From Deltaproteobacteria bacterium (GTDB lineage Bacteria > Desulfobacterota > Desulfomonilia > UBA1062), in assembly GCA_029547185.1 (NCBI GenBank), contig JAKPPU010000004.1, positions 40,576-104,575 on the forward strand: a DNA stretch of 64,000 nt, given 5' to 3'. The translations under genes were made by a program, and so were the position numbers. Below the pieces are notes generated by a model that worked only from the letters and a program-made list of their open reading frames with translations, was not told the origin of the DNA and did not search any database. This document shows, in pieces, positions 57,687 through 64,000 of the stretch. The first letter of the stretch is position 1; each line of letters starts with the position of its first letter.

Positions 57687-59186
57687 ATGAACACGCAAAA
57701 GGGGGCAGTGGTGAAGAGATACTCTTATTACCTTCTTGCAGTAATGTTCGCTCTTGCCGTGTCTGTCAGCGCCTGCACGGGCCAGAAGACCGAGCCCAAG
57801 GGGCAGGATATCGCCCATGAAAAGGCCGAGCCTTCCCGGAAGCCCGCCGCGGGCGACGGGAGCTTCCGTAATGCCGTCATCAATGTTGCAAAGGCCAATA
57901 TCCCGGCCGTGGTGCACATCGAGGTGACGCAGCGCCAGGAGATCCAGAATCCGATAGCACCGTTCTCTCCGTTCGAGAACGATCCGTTTTTCCGGCATTT
58001 CTTCAACATCCCCCAGGTGCCCAAGAAGTTCAAGCGTGAGCTCAAGGGCATAGGCACCGGCATGATCATAAACGAGGATGGATACATCCTCACGAACTAC
58101 CACGTCGTGAACGGTGCGACCGAGATCCAGGTCATCCTCTCGAATGAAAGCCAGTACAAGGCCAAGGTGGTCGGGACCGATCCCAAGACCGACCTGGCCG
58201 TCATCAAGGTTGCCGCGAACGAGAAGCTCCCCTACGTCACCTTCGGCGACTCGGACAAGGTCGAGGTCGGAGAGTGGGTGGTGGCCATAGGGCATCCGAG
58301 GGGCCTCGATCAGACCGTAACGCAGGGGATCATCAGCGCGAAGCACAGGCAGGGAATCATGGAGCCGAGCACCTACCAGGACTTTCTCCAGACCGATGCG
58401 GCGATCAATCCCGGCAACAGCGGAGGGCCGCTCCTCAATCTCGACGGCAGGGTCATCGGGGTGAATGCGGTCATTGCCTCCCAGTCAGGGGGCTTCGAGG
58501 GCATCGGGTTTGCGATACCGAGCAACATGGCCATACACATAGCCCAATCACTCATAGCGAGCGGCAAGGTCGAGCGGGGGTGGCTCGGCATCACCCTGCA
58601 GGACATCCCCTTCGAGAAGATGAAATCCCTGGGCCTCACGTCGCCCAAGGGGGCCTACGTGGTGGAGGTGATAAAGGAGAGCCCTGCGTACGCAGCCGGC
58701 CTCAAGCCCGGAGACGTGATCTTAAGCTATGACGGAAAGCAGCTCAACGATTCGGGCGAGCTGCGGAACCTGGTGGCAGGCACCCCCATCGGAAAAGATA
58801 TCCGCCTCGGGATAATCCGGAATGGAAAGAAGCTTGACCTCACGGTAAAGATCGGGAATCCCCAGGAGGCAGCCAAGATCATGGCCTCGGTGCTCATGAA
58901 CAAGCTCGGCGTGAGCGTGAGGCCGACCACGGAGAGCGAGGCGAGCAAATACGGGCTCGACCAGGGCATGGGCGTCGTGATTACGAAGCTCGATCCCAAA
59001 GGCCCCATGGCCTCGGCAGGATTCGAGATCGATGACCTAGTGATCCAGGCCAACGATCAGCCCGTGGGGAGCGCGGAGGAGCTCTCCTCCATCGCGGATT
59101 CCGTCCGGACCGGAAAGACGATGAACATCCTGGCCGTAGATCACAGAACAGGCCGCGCCGGATACATCAGGGTGAAGGTGCGGTAG
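57687..59186 (+). CDS. DegP/DegQ (HtrA) serine protease with two PDZ domains
   Basis: LTNYHVV, DLAVIK, TDAAINPGNSGG; lipobox VSAC; start uncertain (GTG near 57708 possible). Confidence 0.93.
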   Translation: MNTQKGAVVKRYSYYLLAVMFALAVSVSACTGQKTEPKGQDIAHEKAEPSRKPAAGDGSFRNAVINVAKANIPAVVHIEVTQRQEIQNPIAPFSPFENDPFFRHFFNIPQVPKKFKRELKGIGTGMIINEDGYILTNYHVVNGATEIQVILSNESQYKAKVVGTDPKTDLAVIKVAANEKLPYVTFGDSDKVEVGEWVVAIGHPRGLDQTVTQGIISAKHRQGIMEPSTYQDFLQTDAAINPGNSGGPLLNLDGRVIGVNAVIASQSGGFEGIGFAIPSNMAIHIAQSLIASGKVERGWLGITLQDIPFEKMKSLGLTSPKGAYVVEVIKESPAYAAGLKPGDVILSYDGKQLNDSGELRNLVAGTPIGKDIRLGIIRNGKKLDLTVKIGNPQEAAKIMASVLMNKLGVSVRPTTESEASKYGLDQGMGVVITKLDPKGPMASAGFEIDDLVIQANDQPVGSAEELSSIADSVRTGKTMNILAVDHRTGRAGYIRVKVR

Positions 59187-59229
59187 CACGGGCATTGTAA
59201 GAGATTGCCGGGCGGATTTCCTGTATGGG

Positions 59230-60963
59230 CTAATCCATCGCAGGACGGTGCATCAATGCCCCCTGCTGAACTGCACACGGTTCAGCATCCGTGAGGGATT
59301 CCAGCTCAAGCGCCCTGGCATTTTTCTCATAAAATATAGGCGGCTCATAGGTCCATCCCCTGTCGAGCCTCTTCTGCTCTTTTCCTATGGCGAGATATGC
59401 AAAGATGCCCATGATCGGCGCCAATATTCTGGATTTCCATCCGAACTCCCTGTAGGCATCCCGGAGGATCGATCCGATCTTCCCGCGCATTTCTCTGTCG
59501 TTCTTATACCATCTCTTCATTGCCCAAGCTGCTGCGCAGTAGGTTGTTCCGAGATCTTTCATCTCCCGATGGAAACGCTTGCGGATACAGGGATCGGTAT
59601 GGTTTTTATATCTCTTCCAGCCTACAAGCATGACACGGATCATCCTGGCAAGGCTCGGACCGTTCACCTCGAAGTCACGGCGGAAAGCTCTGCAGAGAAA
59701 CTCTGTTTCACTGCCGTTTTTTATATGCTCGTGGCAATAATTAAACCGGTACTGACCGTGGTTGTCCGCCGCAGGCCGATCAACCTCGGGAAGGAGGGTG
59801 CCGTCATTGCGGAGCTTTTCATGCAAAGGAGTCCCGGGGATGGGGGTATAGAGCATGAACTGGTGGAAGACCGTGTTGTGGCTTGCTGCATATTCAATCA
59901 CGTCATCCATCTTTTCGGGGGTATGGTTCTCCAGCCCGATGATGCTCGATCCAAGGACACGGATGCCGTGGGACTGGAGCTCCTGCACCAGCTCCTTCGT
60001 ATCGATGCCGCCAAGCTTCGAATAATTGCTGTCTTCGCCTTCAATTCCCATCCACACCCAGGATATCCCCAGGCGCACGAGCTGCTCGATGGTATAGGAC
60101 CTCAATACCCTGGCCGAGGAAAAAACGAACAGGGACCATGCCTTGTTATTTGCTTTCATGAGCTCGAGAAGCTTCAATGCCCTGGTGCGGTGGAGAAGGA
60201 AGTTTTCGTCCAGGATGAAAAAAGAGCTCACATTGAGCTTCTTCTCGATAGTGCACATGGCAGCATAGAGGTCATCCCCTGTTTCATAAAAATTGACGAA
60301 TTTCCCCTTCCCGCCGAAGAGGGCCGATGTAGAACAGAAGTTGCAACCCACAGGGCATCCTGCCGAAGGTATCAGGATGGCAGCCGTCTCTTTGGGTTTG
60401 TCCTTTATACGTATACCGAGGATGCGCGTACCGAAGGCGGAGAGCTCACAGGGATGTTTTATCGGAGCGTTCTCATCGAGGCCCAGGAACTTTCTGAACC
60501 AGCGGACCCCGTCACCCCTGCAGATGTGGTCAGTATCCACCCTTTCTGCAAGATCGGGCACGCTTGCGATATGTCCGCCTATTACGATGGCTGCATGAGG
60601 CAGATAGGTGCGGATGAGCTCGCACATCTTCTTCACCTTGCCGATGTTCGGCATGATGGAGCTGATGCCTACGATATCGTAGGCATTGTGAGAGATTTCT
60701 TCGATAAAACGATCGAGATCCGGGAAATCGAGCAGTGTACACGGTGCATCGAGGTTCTCCTTGATCAGGATCAGCCCGAACGATCGGTGGAACATGCGCA
60801 GAGAAAACGGACCCTGCTCGCGTGTGACCTGGTTGTGGTAGAGCTCCATGGGATTGATCTTCCGGCTTCCGTATTCGTCGTCCCTTGCATAGGGTCCGAA
60901 TACGCTCGTGAGCAATATCTTTGCCTTCGAGCCGAGCGGGTGCTTCAGAATACTACTGTTCAT
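59230..60963 (-). CDS. B12-binding domain radical SAM protein
   Basis: IVIGGH (B12-binding domain); GCPVGCNFC (CxxxCxxC); FILDENF; PIPGT. Confidence 0.9.
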   Translation of the reverse strand: MNSSILKHPLGSKAKILLTSVFGPYARDDEYGSRKINPMELYHNQVTREQGPFSLRMFHRSFGLILIKENLDAPCTLLDFPDLDRFIEEISHNAYDIVGISSIMPNIGKVKKMCELIRTYLPHAAIVIGGHIASVPDLAERVDTDHICRGDGVRWFRKFLGLDENAPIKHPCELSAFGTRILGIRIKDKPKETAAILIPSAGCPVGCNFCSTSALFGGKGKFVNFYETGDDLYAAMCTIEKKLNVSSFFILDENFLLHRTRALKLLELMKANNKAWSLFVFSSARVLRSYTIEQLVRLGISWVWMGIEGEDSNYSKLGGIDTKELVQELQSHGIRVLGSSIIGLENHTPEKMDDVIEYAASHNTVFHQFMLYTPIPGTPLHEKLRNDGTLLPEVDRPAADNHGQYRFNYCHEHIKNGSETEFLCRAFRRDFEVNGPSLARMIRVMLVGWKRYKNHTDPCIRKRFHREMKDLGTTYCAAAWAMKRWYKNDREMRGKIGSILRDAYREFGWKSRILAPIMGIFAYLAIGKEQKRLDRGWTYEPPIFYEKNARALELESLTDAEPCAVQQGALMHRPAMD

Positions 60964-61434
60964 TGCTGCTACTCCTTGGTGATGATATGATTGAAATGCA
61001 TAGGGCAGTTCCGTCCTTGCGAACAACGTAAATATTCGCCTTTAATTTAGAATTACACTTTCCTTGCAAAGGTTTTACATTGGCTTCCGATATTCACCGC
61101 GCATGCAGGGACTGGTCCGGGACCGGCTCACCGCACACCTTTGCCTTGGTACGATAACGATGTCCTTCTTTTATGGTTTTCTCAGGTAGAGCTTCCCGTA
61201 TCATCCCTGCACAGAGAGCGCAAATCAATTATTTGGAGTTGAGTTAACATCTCTGCCAGGAGAGGTGCATGGTTCCGATAATACTCTCATATCCGGTTTT
61301 GCCCGCCGCCCCTACTGCCCGTTGATTTATTCCCGATTTACCGGTATGTGAATGCGATACGCATGAGCTGCCGTACAGGGCCGCGGGAACGCATTCATCC
61401 GCGGCCTGAAAAGTACAGCGGGAAAGGACGATCG

Positions 61435-62550
61435 ATGGTAAGAGTAGGATTTATCGGCTGGCGGGGCATGGTCGGTTCGGTCCTCATGGACCGGATGATC
61501 GCGGAGAAGGACTTCAAAGGATTCGAGCCCGTATTCTTTACGACGTCGCAGCTCGGGCAGAAAGGGCCGAAGATCGGCCTCGACACCCCTCCTCTCAAGG
61601 ATGCCTATGACATCAAGGAGCTGAAACCCATCGATATCATCGTCACGTGCCAGGGAAGCGACCATACGAAAAAGGTCTATCCCCTGCTCAGGAAGGCCGG
61701 CTGGAAAGGCTACTGGATCGACGCGTCCTCGGCAATGCGCATGCAGGACGACAGCATCATCGTGCTCGACCCGGTGAACCGTGCCGTGATCGACCGCGGC
61801 CTGAAAAAGGGCATAAAGAACTACATCGGCGGCAACTGCACGGTGAGCCTCATGCTCATGGCCCTGGGCGGACTCTTCAGCGAGGGCCTGGTCGAATGGA
61901 TGACCTCGATGACTTATCAGGCAGCCTCGGGCGCCGGCGCAAAGAACATGAGGGAGCTCATCGAACAGATGGCATACATCGGCAAGGCGTCGAAGAGGCT
62001 GCTCGACAACCCTGCCTCCGCAGCGCTCGATCTCGACAAGAAGGTCATCGGAGCCATGCGGAACAGCTCGTTCCCGACCGATAATTTCGGGTTCCCCCTC
62101 GCCGGAAACGTGCTCCCCTGGATAGACTCTGCCATGGAAAACGGCCAGAGCAGGGAGGAATGGAAGGGCATCGCCGAGACCAACAAGATCCTCGGGACGA
62201 AGAAGCCCATCCCGGTGGACGGCATCTGCGTGCGGGTAGGAGCCATGCGCTGCCACTCGCAGGCGCTGACCATCAAGCTGAAGAAGGACCTGCCCGTGGA
62301 TGACCTCACCTCCATCATTGCGTGTGCGAACGACTGGGTGAGGGTGGTCCCCAATACCAAGGAAGAGACCCTCAGGAACCTCACGCCGGCGGCAGTGACC
62401 GGAAGGCTCGAGGTCCCGGTGGGCAGGATCAGGAAGCTCAATATGGGTCCCAAATACCTCACGTGCTTCACCGTGGGAGACCAGCTCCTCTGGGGCGCTG
62501 CCGAACCGATCCGGAGGATCTTCAGGATCGTGCTCGATCACATATCCTAA
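61435..62550 (+). CDS. asd: Aspartate-semialdehyde dehydrogenase
   Basis: [41 protein letters not shown]. Confidence 0.98.
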   Translation: MVRVGFIGWRGMVGSVLMDRMIAEKDFKGFEPVFFTTSQLGQKGPKIGLDTPPLKDAYDIKELKPIDIIVTCQGSDHTKKVYPLLRKAGWKGYWIDASSAMRMQDDSIIVLDPVNRAVIDRGLKKGIKNYIGGNCTVSLMLMALGGLFSEGLVEWMTSMTYQAASGAGAKNMRELIEQMAYIGKASKRLLDNPASAALDLDKKVIGAMRNSSFPTDNFGFPLAGNVLPWIDSAMENGQSREEWKGIAETNKILGTKKPIPVDGICVRVGAMRCHSQALTIKLKKDLPVDDLTSIIACANDWVRVVPNTKEETLRNLTPAAVTGRLEVPVGRIRKLNMGPKYLTCFTVGDQLLWGAAEPIRRIFRIVLDHIS

Positions 62551-62573
62551 AAAGTAATCAAAGAACAGCACAT

Positions 62574-62603
62574 GGGGATAAGGCGGTGCCGCCTTTATCC
62601 CCG
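62574..62603. terminator. Hairpin between convergent asd and the TraB-family gene
   Basis: GGGGATAAGGCGG-tg-CCGCCTTTATCCCC. Confidence 0.55.
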
Positions 62604-62664
62604 AATGGATTCTCCCGTAAATCCTCGTTGCAGATCTTCAGGCTGCCCTCTCCCCCCACACATC

Positions 62665-63540
62665 CTACTGCTGAACAGGGTTGTACCCCTTTTTCTGGAG
62701 AAGGCTCAGGATGCCCTCTTCTCCCACGAGATGGCCGGCGCCCACGATGACGAGGGTGTCCCCGTCCTTTTTCATCTGCTTTTCGATGGAGGAAACCCAC
62801 GCTGCGTTCCGCTCGTCGAAGAGGGCACGCCTGATCTCCGGGTATTCATCGAGGCTGATGCTCGTTATGGCATCCATGGCTTTCGCATCCCCGCTCTTCC
62901 AGGCCTTCACGATATCCGCCGAGCGGCTTTTCACCACATCGAGCTCCTCCATGGCCTGCTTGAGGAGCTCTTCCTGCCTGTCCTTGAGCTTCCGGGAGAG
63001 AAGATTTATCTGAGACCGCGAGGTCTCGAGGAAGACCGTCTCTTTCCCGTCTTTTTTCGCCTCTGTATAGAAACGGGCCTCGATGCCCGACTTCGGATCG
63101 TAGCCCAGCCGCTTGAGCTCTACACCGCTCAGGCTGACAGCGCAAAGCCACGGTTTGTAGGTCTCGAACCGGGATGGGGGAATGCCCGCGCCTTTGAGCC
63201 TCTTCATGAGAAGCTCGTACGTCTCCTTCGAGATATTGCCTTTCAGGGTCTCCTTTCCCTGGTACGTGCCGTTTGCAAACAATGCCTTCTGGACGGACTT
63301 GTCCGCCATCTCCTGGAGGTCTGCCTCGAACACGACCCTTCTGCTCTTCTGGTATGCCCTGACGATGCGCTTGTCGAGCTTGTCTGCATCGATCCCCGGA
63401 ACGTGGGCAGAGCCGAGCAGGTAGACGCTCCCCTTGGGCGTGGCCACCGACCAGAGAAATGCATGGCTGCCTTGCCCTGCAGATGCCGCAGAGCTCAGGA
63501 TAAAAACCAGACTGCACGCTGTAAGCAGTATTTTTTTCAT
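62665..63540 (-). CDS. TraB/GumN (Tiki) family protein
   Basis: Signal peptide; YLLGSAH, LET, ERNAAW, VGAGHLVG. Confidence 0.88.
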   Translation of the reverse strand: MKKILLTACSLVFILSSAASAGQGSHAFLWSVATPKGSVYLLGSAHVPGIDADKLDKRIVRAYQKSRRVVFEADLQEMADKSVQKALFANGTYQGKETLKGNISKETYELLMKRLKGAGIPPSRFETYKPWLCAVSLSGVELKRLGYDPKSGIEARFYTEAKKDGKETVFLETSRSQINLLSRKLKDRQEELLKQAMEELDVVKSRSADIVKAWKSGDAKAMDAITSISLDEYPEIRRALFDERNAAWVSSIEKQMKKDGDTLVIVGAGHLVGEEGILSLLQKKGYNPVQQ

Positions 63541-63579
63541 GGGAAATACGCCCCTGCCTCTTGCTTGGGTGTCATGAGC

Positions 63580-64000
63580 TCAGCGCGGCATCCGGTCAGG
63601 AACTATTATCACCGACTCGGAATGCCTTTCCTGGATGACCCGCGTCCCCGGGGGAACGTCATGGGTGAGCCAGACGTTTCCGCCGATGACAGCGCATTTT
63701 CCTATGCGCACCCTGCCGAGGACGGTCGTTCCGGAATAGATGATCACGTCATCCTCGACGATGGGGTGCCTGGGGATCCCCTTGACGAGCCTTCCCTCCT
63801 CGTCCTTGGGGAAGCTGATGGCGCCGAGCGTCACTCCCTGGTAAAGCCTGACGTTCCTCCCGATCTCGCAGGTTTCTCCGATGACCGTGCCTGTCCCGTG
63901 ATCGATGAAGAATCTCTCGCCGATCGTGGCCCCCGGGTGGATGTCGATGCCTGTCTGCGAGTGGGCCATCTCGGTGATGATCCTGGGGATGAGATCGACG
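63580..64000 (-). CDS. cysE: Serine O-acetyltransferase (3' part; truncated by the window edge)
   Basis: TGIDIHPGATIG...FFIDHGTGTVIGET...LYQGVTLGA...RHP. Confidence 0.9.
   Translation of the reverse strand, partial: VDLIPRIITEMAHSQTGIDIHPGATIGERFFIDHGTGTVIGETCEIGRNVRLYQGVTLGAISFPKDEEGRLVKGIPRHPIVEDDVIIYSGTTVLGRVRIGKCAVIGGNVWLTHDVPPGTRVIQERHSESVIIVPDRMPR

Noticed and set aside
61180-61430. Lysine riboswitch upstream of asd (AGAGGTGC at 61261, CTACTGCC near 61312)
   Set aside because: Spacing is too short and the other conserved elements and closing stem were not found; an Rfam scan would settle it.

Overview
This is a GC-rich chromosomal segment. Gene content (Ior, AOR, DUF362/4Fe-4S proteins, rubrerythrin-like proteins, TRAP transporter, CFI-box protein) suggests an anaerobic deltaproteobacterium (Desulfobacterota-like); that assignment is inference. 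Housekeeping genes include tRNA-Pro(CGG), pcm, hisH, lspA-ileS, dprA-topA-trmFO, csp, pepD, pgm, degP, asd and a partial cysE. Signals not in the ORF track: (1) a Tyr/Phe-rich leader peptide (MMTERVDTKAYYFYFYYRMSLCP) with a complete 1:2/2:3/3:4 attenuator upstream of an iorA-iorB-paaK-ACT-TRAP cluster, suggesting an arylacetate salvage route to Phe/Tyr; (2) two integron attC-like sites framing a vapBC toxin-antitoxin cassette, with no integrase in the window; (3) two diverged ~206-bp nested-palindrome elements with compensatory changes; (4) a CBM48 pseudogene coupled to a ParB-peptide/MinD-like gene; (5) a kinase-less Hpt-CheW fusion; (6) an AT-rich islet next to the tRNA flanked by 17-bp direct repeats; (7) a 52-aa rubredoxin-like gene. 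No CRISPR array, rRNA or intact transposase/integrase was seen.
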